25,467 nt of DNA, taken from contig CBDCWP010000015.1 in assembly GCA_965223505.1 (NCBI GenBank), positions 1 through 25,467 of the forward strand, written 5' to 3'. Under the pieces are notes generated by a model. That model was not told the DNA's origin. It did not search any database and was given only the letters and a program-made list of their open reading frames with translations. This document shows positions 7,522 through 16,498 of the stretch, one piece after another; within the stretch, counting starts at the first letter, position 1, and each line of letters starts with the position of its first letter. Both the position numbers and the translations under genes were made by a program. The DNA is from Planctomycetota bacterium (GTDB lineage: Bacteria > Planctomycetota > PLA2 > JAEUHO01).

Positions 7522-10500
7522 TCACGAAGCGTCGCAGGCCGTCAGTACTTGGCGGTAGAGCGGTACCGACGCCCGCATCTTCTCACGCCACGCCTCCGGA
7601 GCGCCCGCGATCAGCGCTTCGACCTCGTCCGCCGCCTTGCGTCGATCCGTCCGGGCCCCGGTTCTCTCCGCGAGCGTCGCCCAGGCGCGCACGCGATCGA
7701 GCGCCTGCATGGCGCCACTCCACTTCTCGAGCTCCATGCGCGCCGTGAGGGGATTGCCGCCGGGCAGCAGCGCAAGGAAGCAACGCGTGAGCGCCGCGGC
7801 TCCCTCCAAGGCTCCGGACTCCTCGATGCGCAGCGCCGTCTCGAGCTGGGCTTGCGCCTCTTCGGACCGACCGGTCAGCAGGAGTCCGACGCCGAGCCGC
7901 ATGTGCACCACGGCCGCTTCCAATCGAGACCCCAGCTCGTCGAGACGCGGTTCCAGCGCCTGCAGCCGTTCGGTCATGGCTTCGAGCTCGTTCCGCGCCT
8001 CCAGCACGCTCGCCTCGCACAAGCGCAGCAACAGCGCTTCGCGTGGCGCGTTGGCCTCGCTCACCGCCCGTGACGCGCCGGACAAGAGCGCCTCCGCTTC
8101 GTCGTACCGACCACTCCAAGCCAGGACCAGAGTCGGCGACGTACTCAGCCGTGCCTGCAGCACCGGTGGCGCGCGTTCACCGAGGAGGTCGCGCCCGCGC
8201 GCGACCGCTTGCCGACACGCCTCGAAGCGTCCCAACGCCCAGAGGATCTGGCTGCGCGAAAACTGCGCGTGCGCCTCCACATCGCCATAGCTCAGCTGCG
8301 AGCACAGAAGCACGGCCTCGTCCGCTTGGGCGAGCGCTTCGTCGAATCGACCGAGCTGCAAGAGCGTTTGCGCCATGTTGGTCTGCACCACGGAGACCAT
8401 CCGCAAGTGCCCTCGTCGGTGGCCGATCTCGCAAACGCTCTCCAGGATGTCGAGCGACGCCTGAGGGTCCGCCCGCAGGTACGCGATCTTGGCGAGCACC
8501 AAGCGCGCGCTCATCTCGTTGATCGTCTCGCCGTGCAGCTGCGCGATGGTGACTGCGTGCTCGAGCATCTCTTTGGCTTCGTCCATGCGGCCCAGCTCGA
8601 GCGAGATCGCGCCCAGATTGCGCGCAACGACGCACATGTCGGCGGCATTGCCGGCCTCGCGACTGAGCTCCAGCGCTTCTTTCGACGCCTCGTACGCCTC
8701 GGCCAGACGTCCGCGCGCCTCCAGCGCCATGGCGTGTTCCGCGAGTGCGCGCGCGAGTGTGCTCGGCGCACCCCTGCCTCTCACGAGCCGGATCGCCTCG
8801 GCGGTGTCGTCGACGGCTTCGTCGTATCGAAGCAGGAGTCTACGGCAGTAGCCGAGGTGGATGAGCACCTCCGCTGCGAGCACCGGATCGCCGTGTGCGT
8901 CGCGCAGGGCGTCCGCCGCTTCGAGCGCCGGGAGCACCTCCTTGTGAGGCGCGTAGGCCATGAGGAAGATCGCCAACCGACGTTGCAGGCCGGCTTCGAA
9001 GGCCGGCTCCTTCGGCGTGTCGACCTCGACGAGTGCGCGCGCCAGACGCGCGCCTTCACGCAGCTCCATCGAGGCCATGAGGTGATCGAAGGCGGCGTGC
9101 GCGTACGGCAGCGCGCGCTCGGGCGTTCCCGCGAGCACGAAGTGGCGGGCGAGCTGCCAAGCCGCCGCGCCGCGCGGTGATTCACCCTCGTCGAGCTTCG
9201 ACTCGATCGCGTCGCCCAGCGCCGCGTGATACGCGCATCGAAGCGCGGGTGGCAGTTCGTCCTGCAGGACCTCCTGCACGAGATGATGACGAAATCGATA
9301 CTCGTTGCCGATCGGCTCGACGAGACCGAGGCTCTGGTCGACCTCGTGGAGCAGGCGCAGCCCTCCGATGCGCGGAAGATCCCCGGCCTCGCAGACCAGT
9401 AGGGGGTCGAAACGATTGCCGCAGCACGCGGCGGCGCCGAGCAGACTGCGAGCCTCGGTGGAGAGCGACCGCAGCCGCACCTCGACCATCTCGCGCACCG
9501 ATCGAGGAATGGTGAACCGTTCGTCATCGGGGCCGCCGCGGCGCGCGCGCACTTCCCGCGCGAACTCGATCAGGCAGAACGGGTTTCCGTCGGCGTTGTC
9601 GATGTACTCACTCGTGTCTGCCGTCACACCGGCGTCGGATCCCATGGCATCGCGGACGACCGCGATCGATCCGGCAAGATCCAGGCCGCCGAGGTCGATG
9701 CGCTCGAAGCGGTCAATGCGGCGCAGCGGGTCCAGAAACGCGGCGTCGAGCTCGGGGCGCGACGTGAACAGGATCAGCACGGAGTCGTTCTCGAGTGCGT
9801 GCGCCAAGGCCAGCAGGAGACCGCGCGACGCGTCGTTGGCGAAGTGCACGTCCTCCCAGACCAGCACGACAGGCGTGTCGCGAGCGATGCCCCTGAGCAT
9901 CCGGGCCCACGCGGTCATGCGTGCCGCCTCGGACAGACCCGTTTCGGGGGCGTCGACGACGCCCCGCATCTCTTGTGCGAGGGCTCCCGCGAGCGCGGCG
10001 TGCGGACCGAGAAGTCGTTCGAGGCGCGCTTCGAGCTCGTGCTGCCCGAAGTGGTCGAGGAACGCCTGATTGAGAGGGTTGTTGCCGACCGCGAGGCCTC
10101 CGGGACCGTGCGATGCCATGATGACGTGCGCGGGGATGTCCCTGCGACGCAGGGCGGACAACCACTCGCGGACGAGACGGCTCTTGCCGATACCGGCCTC
10201 GCCGATCACCGCACGGACCGGCCCCTCGCCCGACCTCGCCGCCTCCCACGCTCGGTCCAGCGTGAGTAGCTCCTCGCCACGTCCGTGGAACCGAACCGCT
10301 TCGGTGGTGTCCATCGGTAGGGACGGCGCGTGCGAAACCGATTGTTCCTTCCACCAACGCGACTGTTCGGCCGCCCGGAGCGTGTCGGCGACGTCGGCAG
10401 CGGGCCCCGGACGTGCCTCGGGGTCGCGCTCGAGCAGCGCCGCGACGAGACGATCGAGGAACGGCGATACGTGCGGCGCCCGCGAGCGAAGTGACGGCGC

Positions 10501-11403
10501 CTTCTCCATGGAGATTCCATGCCGTCCTGCGTGCGGATGCTCGCCGACGACGAGCTGATACAGCAACAGACCCAGGCCGTGCATGTCGGCCGGCGGTCCG
10601 ACCTGCGAGTCGACGATGAGCTGCTCCGGCGCCGCGTAGAGCAGCGTTCCCACGAACTCGCCGGTGGCCGTCAGGCGTCGTCGTTCCTCCACCAACAACG
10701 CCACTCCGAGGTCCATGAGCTTCACCACCTCGTCCGGGGTGATGACGACGTTCTCGGGTTTGACGTCGCGGTGGACGACACCGGCGGCGTGAACGGCCCC
10801 GAGCGCCTCGGCGACCTGCACGCCGATCTCGCAGGCCAGACGCTCCGAGACGGTGCCGACTTGGTCGAGCAGCTCGGTCAGGTTCTGGCCCTCGACGTAC
10901 TCGAGCACGACATAGGGCGACTCGACGCCGTGACAGGTGAATCGTCCCGCGCGCAGCGTACGTACGACACCGGGGTGGTCGATCCGTCGACCCAACTCGA
11001 CCTCGCGTTCGAACCGCTCGCGGAGACCCTTGCGGTCAGAGAGGTGCGGATGAATCAGCTTGACGGCGACCCTGGTCCCGTCCGCGTCGCGAGCTTCGAA
11101 GACCCGCCCCATGCCGCCTTCGCCAATGACGCGCACGAGGGAGAGGTCGTCGATCCGATCGGGAAACGGGCGTGTCCCGCCCGCGCTCCCCGAAGAGGCT
11201 CTCGGAACGGCGTCGCCGGGTTTGAGGCCTTCGATGACTGCGAGCACGGGGAAGAGCTCCCGAATGCGCTCGGCCAAGGTGGGGTTCGCGACTGCGTACG
11301 TCTCGACGTCGACGGCCTCGCCGCCGCGCAAGCGGCTCACGAACTCGTCGCATAGGATGTCGAACGCGTCGTCATCGGAGGGAAGGGCCGGATCGGAGCT
11401 CAT
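7522..11403 (-). CDS. Ser/Thr protein kinase fused to a STAND/AAA_16-type NTPase and TPR repeats, 1293 aa
   Basis: Kinase motifs IGEGGMGRVF, VAVKLI, VHRDVKPENV, VKLMDLG, GTLLYAAPEQ. Walker A GEAGIGKS, Walker B LVWEDVH. C-terminal TPR-like helices. The likely start is MSSDPALP at 11403, because the track's 12204 start overlaps two + strand genes. Confidence 0.92.
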   Translation of the reverse strand: MSSDPALPSDDDAFDILCDEFVSRLRGGEAVDVETYAVANPTLAERIRELFPVLAVIEGLKPGDAVPRASSGSAGGTRPFPDRIDDLSLVRVIGEGGMGRVFEARDADGTRVAVKLIHPHLSDRKGLRERFEREVELGRRIDHPGVVRTLRAGRFTCHGVESPYVVLEYVEGQNLTELLDQVGTVSERLACEIGVQVAEALGAVHAAGVVHRDVKPENVVITPDEVVKLMDLGVALLVEERRRLTATGEFVGTLLYAAPEQLIVDSQVGPPADMHGLGLLLYQLVVGEHPHAGRHGISMEKAPSLRSRAPHVSPFLDRLVAALLERDPEARPGPAADVADTLRAAEQSRWWKEQSVSHAPSLPMDTTEAVRFHGRGEELLTLDRAWEAARSGEGPVRAVIGEAGIGKSRLVREWLSALRRRDIPAHVIMASHGPGGLAVGNNPLNQAFLDHFGQHELEARLERLLGPHAALAGALAQEMRGVVDAPETGLSEAARMTAWARMLRGIARDTPVVLVWEDVHFANDASRGLLLALAHALENDSVLILFTSRPELDAAFLDPLRRIDRFERIDLGGLDLAGSIAVVRDAMGSDAGVTADTSEYIDNADGNPFCLIEFAREVRARRGGPDDERFTIPRSVREMVEVRLRSLSTEARSLLGAAACCGNRFDPLLVCEAGDLPRIGGLRLLHEVDQSLGLVEPIGNEYRFRHHLVQEVLQDELPPALRCAYHAALGDAIESKLDEGESPRGAAAWQLARHFVLAGTPERALPYAHAAFDHLMASMELREGARLARALVEVDTPKEPAFEAGLQRRLAIFLMAYAPHKEVLPALEAADALRDAHGDPVLAAEVLIHLGYCRRLLLRYDEAVDDTAEAIRLVRGRGAPSTLARALAEHAMALEARGRLAEAYEASKEALELSREAGNAADMCVVARNLGAISLELGRMDEAKEMLEHAVTIAQLHGETINEMSARLVLAKIAYLRADPQASLDILESVCEIGHRRGHLRMVSVVQTNMAQTLLQLGRFDEALAQADEAVLLCSQLSYGDVEAHAQFSRSQILWALGRFEACRQAVARGRDLLGERAPPVLQARLSTSPTLVLAWSGRYDEAEALLSGASRAVSEANAPREALLLRLCEASVLEARNELEAMTERLQALEPRLDELGSRLEAAVVHMRLGVGLLLTGRSEEAQAQLETALRIEESGALEGAAALTRCFLALLPGGNPLTARMELEKWSGAMQALDRVRAWATLAERTGARTDRRKAADEVEALIAGAPEAWREKMRASVPLYRQVLTACDAS

Positions 11404-11490
11404 CGGCGGTCGAGGGTACCGGAACCGGCTCGATTCGACGATGCGACAGGAATCGGGACCCCGAGCGATCGGCGCACAGGAGGACGCGTG

Positions 11491-11976
11491 ATGCACACGC
11501 AACCCGGACTGATCGACTTGCACGAACGTACGCACCGCAGCTTGTGCGGGTTTCTCGACCACTGCGCCGGTTTCTCCGACGACGAGCAGGTCCGGGAGCT
11601 CGAGGGCTTCGGCTATCCGACCCTGCGCCTGCAGCTCCACCATGTGATCGGCGCCGAGCAGTACTGGGTCGGGGTGCTGAAAGGGCTGATGCTGACCGAC
11701 GAGCACGAAGCGGACTACGCATCGATGGACGCGCTCGGCGCGTTTCGCGAGCGGGTCTTCGATACCACGCAGGCGTACCTCCGCGCGACACCGGACGACG
11801 AGCTCAACGCCGTTCGAACGGTGACGACCTGGGGTGACAAGCAAGTCGATCTGGCGCCGGCGCACGTGCTGCTTCGCACGCAAACGCACATTTTCCAGCA
11901 CCAGGGGCAGGTAGCCGCCATGTGCCGCTTGCTGGGGCGGCCGATCCCCGCTGGACTGGACTTCGCGCTGACGTAG
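11491..11976 (+). CDS. DinB/YfiT family protein
   Basis: TLRLQLHHVIGAEQYW and THIFQHQGQVAAMCRLLG give the DinB His triad; AGGAGG RBS 7 nt upstream. Confidence 0.88.
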   Translation: MHTQPGLIDLHERTHRSLCGFLDHCAGFSDDEQVRELEGFGYPTLRLQLHHVIGAEQYWVGVLKGLMLTDEHEADYASMDALGAFRERVFDTTQAYLRATPDDELNAVRTVTTWGDKQVDLAPAHVLLRTQTHIFQHQGQVAAMCRLLGRPIPAGLDFALT

Positions 11977-12070
11977 CCGCGCCGGGGCGCCTGCATCGCA
12001 CTTTGTCACTCGACGCGACGTGGCGACGCCTGAGAGAATGACCGTCACCGACACCAGCAGGGTCATCGTC

Positions 12071-12586
12071 ATGCGCAAACGTGAATCGTTTCTTCTGTTC
12101 CTGGCCGCCGTCGCCGGCATCTTGATCCTTCCCACCGTCGTGCAGGCACGCACCCGCACCGCGTCCGACCTCGGCAGTCGTGTCGCGGCACTCGAGGCCG
12201 ACAACGCGGCGCAGGCCGCGACGATCGCGGATCAAGAGGATCGCATCGCGGCACTCGAGTCCGTGGCGATGAACACCGTGACCGGATTCGTCAACGGGGA
12301 CGGATCGATACAGGACTTTTCACGCTCCGGTGTGACGGTGACCCGGAACGGGCCCGGCGACTACACCATCGACTACCCGGCCGGCACCTTCTTCGGGGTG
12401 GACGGGACGGGCATCGCGCTGCCGATCGCCGCGTTCAGCCCGCGCGAGCCGGTGTTTGCGGAGGACTGGAGTGCGGGCGCGTTCAACGACGGATCCGGCG
12501 AGGTGACGGTGGAGTTTCGCGACGCGCTGGGCGTGCCCACGGACACGCAGTTCGGCGTGATCGTCACTGCGGACGCCAGCCAGTAG
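12071..12586 (+). CDS. Exported protein: signal/anchor, short coiled coil and beta-rich C-terminal domain
   Basis: MRKRESFLLFLAAVAGILILPTVVQA; heptads RVAALEADNAAQAATIADQEDRIAALE; beta domain GFVNGDG...VTVTRNGPGDYTIDY. An alternative start at 12038 is possible. Confidence 0.72.
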   Translation: MRKRESFLLFLAAVAGILILPTVVQARTRTASDLGSRVAALEADNAAQAATIADQEDRIAALESVAMNTVTGFVNGDGSIQDFSRSGVTVTRNGPGDYTIDYPAGTFFGVDGTGIALPIAAFSPREPVFAEDWSAGAFNDGSGEVTVEFRDALGVPTDTQFGVIVTADASQ

Positions 12587-12658
12587 CCACAACGGATTCC
12601 TCGGCGCCTGGACGCAGAGCCGCTTCCAGCGCGAGGCCCTGTCCGCCGTCCCGGCGTT

Positions 12659-13552
12659 TCATCGCTTCGAGCCGCGCTCCGCATCGCGCAGCGCGCGTTC
12701 TAGCGCCTCCGCGTCCTGCCAGCGCGCGCTTAGCACGTTCTTGTGCCGGATCACCTGACGCTGCAAGTCGAAGAAGCGCGGCCCTTGCTGCTTGTCGAGA
12801 TGGGCCGCGTAGTCGACGCATGCGAGGAGGAGGCGCACGTCGTGCGGCCGCTCCTCGGCCAAGCGCCGCCGACCCTGGTCCAACAATCGAGTGCGCGCCT
12901 CCAGCCAGGGACCGTCCGACTTCGTCACGCGCTTGGCGGCCAAGCCTGCCGCGACGAGCACCCACGGCGTCTTCTCGCAGACGTCCTTGGCGCGCAAGGC
13001 CCAAAGCAGGTGATCGCGTCCCGCGTCGTCGCCCTTCCACGCGCGCCACGCGGCGGCCAGCGCGAGGTCCGGAGTGCGGTCGGTCGCGCGAAGCCGCTTT
13101 TGAAGCTCGTGAGCCGCCCGGCGGCTGCCTTCCTCGGCGAGCCGCAGAATCCACACGGTCTGAAAGGCGGATGCCCGCTCCGGGAGCAACGCGTCCAACG
13201 ACCGGCGACGCTCTGCGTCGGGGTCGCTCATGAGAAGACCGATCAGCGGACGCCGTCGGTCGTCGTCCGGCGCGCGCTTCACCAGCGCCAGGAGCTCGCC
13301 GTGAGCGCGCGCCCACGCCTTCGGCCGCTGCACGAGAGCGGCGTGCAGCTGCGGTACGGCGCCTTGCGCCCGCTCGACGCGCCGGCGCACCTCGGCCGTC
13401 GCGTTCGCTCCCATCGCCGGCATGTCGGCCACGCGCTTCATGAGCAGCGCGTAGTGGCGCTCCCAGCTCTCGTCGTAATCGCCCGCAGCGGCACACGGCG
13501 CCAGTACGCCGAGCGCGATCAGTAGCAAGGGCAGTCGCAGGGGGTGTCGCAT
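12659..13552 (-). CDS. Exported alpha-helical hypothetical protein, probable target of the adjacent ECF sigma factor
   Basis: GAGGAG RBS; signal peptide MRHPLRLPLLLIALGVLAPCAAA; one HEAT-like segment LIGLLMSDPDAERRRSLDALL. Confidence 0.72.
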   Translation of the reverse strand: MRHPLRLPLLLIALGVLAPCAAAGDYDESWERHYALLMKRVADMPAMGANATAEVRRRVERAQGAVPQLHAALVQRPKAWARAHGELLALVKRAPDDDRRRPLIGLLMSDPDAERRRSLDALLPERASAFQTVWILRLAEEGSRRAAHELQKRLRATDRTPDLALAAAWRAWKGDDAGRDHLLWALRAKDVCEKTPWVLVAAGLAAKRVTKSDGPWLEARTRLLDQGRRRLAEERPHDVRLLLACVDYAAHLDKQQGPRFFDLQRQVIRHKNVLSARWQDAEALERALRDAERGSKR

Positions 13553-13589
13553 CGCGCAATCTCCTCGTCGAAACGGATCTCGGAAGATG

Positions 13590-13616
13590 AATGCGCGTTC
13601 GCCCGAAGGGGGTTCA
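13590..13616 (-). promoter_or_regulatory. ECF promoter copy 2: TGAACC-N16-GCATT upstream of the 12659-13552 gene
   Basis: Minus strand TGAACC cccttcgggcgaacgc GCATT, with boxes and spacing identical to the motif upstream of the sigma gene. Confidence 0.7.
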
Positions 13617-13622
13617 CGATTC

Positions 13623-15122
13623 TCAGCGCGGAAGTCCCGCAAGCGCGGCCCGAACGTCCGCCGCGGTCTCGACGGGTACGTCCCAGCGCTTGGCGAACGC
13701 GAAGACCTCGCCCGCGAGATTCGCGACGCGCGGCGCGTCGCCCGAGAGCGCCGGCGCGACGTACGCCGCGCATCGAACCGCCACGCGCGCGCCTGAGATG
13801 TCGCCGGACGACAGCGCCGCCTCGACCCACGTGGACAACGCGCTCACGTACGCCGGCCAGGCATTCGGTGTCCCGAGACGCGCGCGTGCCGCAGCGACGG
13901 CAGCGCTTCGATGGGGCTCGTCTTCGTCGAAGGGGACGGCGCCGGCGCGCTCGAGCAGCTCGCGCCCGATCGCGTCGTCGCGAAAGGCGAAGTGCAGGGC
14001 GATGAGCAGCGCGACCTCCTTCGTAGCGGTGTTGCTTGCGAACCGCTCGCGCAGGAGCCGCTGCGCGCGGTCCTCGCCGGCGTCGGCGAGTCGCAGCAGC
14101 GTCTCCGTGGCGACGAGCGCCGGCGCATCCCCGATCACTCGGAGCAGATGTGCCCGCGCGCGGGGGTCGTCGTCCTCGACCAGGATGCGGAGCAGGCGCG
14201 TGCGTACGTCGTCCGGTAGCGGCGACCCCAGTCGCGCGAGCAGCTCGAAGCGCAGGTGGTCGGCGGCGCGCGGGTCATCGCCGACCATGGCCTTCACATA
14301 GCGCGCACTCTCGACGGAGGCCGCAAGGCGGTCGCGGTCGCGGAGGGTTTGGAGATCGAGATCGTCGGCCGATAGGAGTGCGGATTCGAGCTTCGAGGAC
14401 AGATGGCGTCGCCTGTCTTCGTTCAGCACAGGGTCGGAGCGTTTGCGACCATCCGCGAAGACGCGCAGGGATTGATCCGAACGGGCCACGAGGGCCGCCT
14501 GCCCCTCACCCCAGTGTGCCGCACCGCGCGAGATCTCGAGCCGCACGCGATGGGGGGCCGGCAGGTCGCGGGCGATGCCTGGCAACACCGCCAGGTCGAC
14601 TGGCGCATGCGGCACCAGCACGACTTCGGCGCGTGTCCCCTCATCGAGGACCGCTTCGCCGAGCGGCGTTTCCAGCACCGCCGCGCGTTCCGCGGTCACG
14701 GTGGCCGCGCCCGCGTGCAGCCGGGCGCGATCGCTGCCGCGAATCTCGAGGACCGATCCCACGCGAAGATCGATCGTCCCTCCGGCCGCCGGCAAGCTGA
14801 GCTCCCCCTCGGTGGTCACGATCCGATCGCCCGCGCGGATGACGCTGCTCTTGCGTACGTTGCCGTCGGGGTCGACGAGCGTCGTGAGTCGATCGGCGCG
14901 AAGGAGGACTGGCCGCTCCGCGGGCGCCTGCGTGAAGAACAACAGCGCGCCCAAGGCGACGAGGACGACTGCCGCAGCGGCGACGAGACGGCCGCGCCGG
15001 ACGCCCCGCGGCGTGCCGGGTTCCTCGAGACCGAGGACGCCGCGCAGATCCGGCGGACGCAGGCCGCCGAGGATCTCCTCCAAGCCGATCTCGATCAGAC
15101 GATCGTCGAACGCGTCGTTCAC
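13623..15122 (-). CDS. Membrane-anchored anti-sigma factor with a FecR-like beta domain and C-terminal HEAT-like helices
   Basis: GTG start overlaps the sigma stop (GTGA) with a GGAGG RBS; short cytoplasmic N-terminus; TM segment LVAAAAVVLVALGALLFF; FecR-like IRAGDRIVT...ARLHAGAA...VLETPLGEAVLDEGTRAEV; ILVEDDDPRARAHLLRVIG. Confidence 0.78.
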   Translation of the reverse strand: MNDAFDDRLIEIGLEEILGGLRPPDLRGVLGLEEPGTPRGVRRGRLVAAAAVVLVALGALLFFTQAPAERPVLLRADRLTTLVDPDGNVRKSSVIRAGDRIVTTEGELSLPAAGGTIDLRVGSVLEIRGSDRARLHAGAATVTAERAAVLETPLGEAVLDEGTRAEVVLVPHAPVDLAVLPGIARDLPAPHRVRLEISRGAAHWGEGQAALVARSDQSLRVFADGRKRSDPVLNEDRRRHLSSKLESALLSADDLDLQTLRDRDRLAASVESARYVKAMVGDDPRAADHLRFELLARLGSPLPDDVRTRLLRILVEDDDPRARAHLLRVIGDAPALVATETLLRLADAGEDRAQRLLRERFASNTATKEVALLIALHFAFRDDAIGRELLERAGAVPFDEDEPHRSAAVAAARARLGTPNAWPAYVSALSTWVEAALSSGDISGARVAVRCAAYVAPALSGDAPRVANLAGEVFAFAKRWDVPVETAADVRAALAGLPR

Positions 15123-15643
15123 GTCAGTCGCCTCCGAATGCACGCCCGGAGGTGCTCCCGCGCGCGTCGAAGCAGTGTCTTCGCGCCGTCCTCGGTGATG
15201 TCGAGCGCGTCGGCCACGCGACGCCGAGAGCGCGTTCCGGCGTAGAACACGTCGAGGGCCCTGCGCGCTCGGTCAGCGAGCGTGGCGAGGCAGGCGCGGA
15301 GGGCGTCGAGCAGCTCGCTGCCGTCGTTCCCCGCCGTGCGCTCGGCCCACGCCGCTTCGGCGCGTTCGATGTCGGTGAACGCGGGCCGCAATCGCTCGCG
15401 GCGCACCGCCATGAGGAAGTGGTTGCGGGCGACCGTTCGCAACCAGGCGGCCGTGGCCGCGGGGTTTCGCACCTCGAACGGGCGTTCCCATGCGGTCACG
15501 AACGTCTGTTGGACCAGGTCTTCGGCCAGATCGGGCTCGCAGCCCAGGTAGCGCAGATATCGCCAGAGCCCGACCTGGTGTTTTGCGACCAGGTCGTCCA
15601 GACGAACCGAGGGCGTGGAGGTGGCTTCCAGCAAGGTCTCCAT
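15119..15643 (-). CDS. ECF RNA polymerase sigma-70 factor
   Basis: LWRYLRYLGCEPDLAEDLVQQTF, WLRTVARNHFL; region 4 VADALDITEDGAKTLLRRAREHLRACI. Confidence 0.92.
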   Translation of the reverse strand: METLLEATSTPSVRLDDLVAKHQVGLWRYLRYLGCEPDLAEDLVQQTFVTAWERPFEVRNPAATAAWLRTVARNHFLMAVRRERLRPAFTDIERAEAAWAERTAGNDGSELLDALRACLATLADRARRALDVFYAGTRSRRRVADALDITEDGAKTLLRRAREHLRACIRRRLT

Positions 15644-15652
15644 CCCACCCTC

Positions 15653-15679
15653 AATGCGGCGCGGGTCCAAGAGGGTTCA
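15653..15679 (-). promoter_or_regulatory. ECF promoter copy 1 (autoregulatory): TGAACC-N16-GCATT
   Basis: Minus strand TGAACC ctcttggacccgcgcc GCATT, ending 9 nt before the sigma ATG. Confidence 0.7.
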
Positions 15680-16024
15680 GAAAACCTGGAGGGCGTCTGG
15701 GTCTTGGAACTGCCTATGGCGCCGGACATCGCCTCCCTTGCGAAACAAGCAGCCTGTAGATCCGCCCTACAAGGTGCACAGTCACCCTTTCCTGGCCATC
15801 GACGCAAGGCCGCGACGAAGGCACTTGACCTGAGACGGGCCGCTTCGCCTAATGTCTGAGGTTCGGTTGAGTGAGTGTTGAAGTGTAGGCAACGAATGGC
15901 TGCTGACGTAAGCGTTCCCGTCGTCCTCGGGCCCGTTCCGGTCCACGCCGCGACAGTGTCCAATCCATGGATCGCGTCGGCGGCGGCGGATGGCTCGAGG
16001 TAAGCCCGCATCGGAAGGAGCGAG

Positions 16025-16389
16025 ATGAGTCGAGACTACGTTGAGCCGGCTGACGGGCCATGGGACTTTCATGGGCTGGAGAGCCGTCGTAGAGGGTCGA
16101 CGCCGATACTCGTCCACGGGGCTCGCGGACGGAGGCGGCGATCATGTTCAGTTCGAAGGCACGCTGAGGACGGAGAACTGGGTCTCTTCAATGGAGTATG
16201 CGGGGTACGTGAGAACGGCGCCGTTCGACGGCGCGGTGCATCCACCACGAGGATCCCACGAACAGGCGATGCGAATCTCGGTTCTCGATGCGACCGGACC
16301 AGGGAACGCAACCATGATCATCTATGGCGGCGGGATGTCTCTAGGGCCTCCCCAAGGTCCTCGGCGAGTTCAACTGTCAATGGGAGTAG
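16025..16389 (+). pseudogene. Small beta-rich hypothetical protein (about 120 aa) interrupted by two +1 frameshifts (pseudogene or sequencing error)
   Basis: AAGGAG RBS and ATG at 16025. Removing one base near 16055 (GGG) and one near 16351 (CCCC) gives M...GHGTFMGWRAVVEGRRRY...MEYAGYVRTAPFDG...ISVLDATG...MIIYGGGMSLGPPKVLGEFNCQWE* ending at TAG 16387-16389. The position of the first shift is uncertain. Confidence 0.55.
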
Positions 16390-16498
16390 CGTCGCGTAGT
16401 GCACGCGTAGCTCCGCGGGGGCTACGTTGTGAGAGCAGGTTGTCGACTACTTGATCGGCGTCAGCACGGCGCGTGGCGTCGTTCTCTTTGGGGGTGTG

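Noticed and set aside
11404..12204. N-terminal 267-aa extension of the kinase ORF in the track
   Set aside because: It is the antisense of the DinB gene and the next gene; the recognisable kinase N-terminus begins at 11403.
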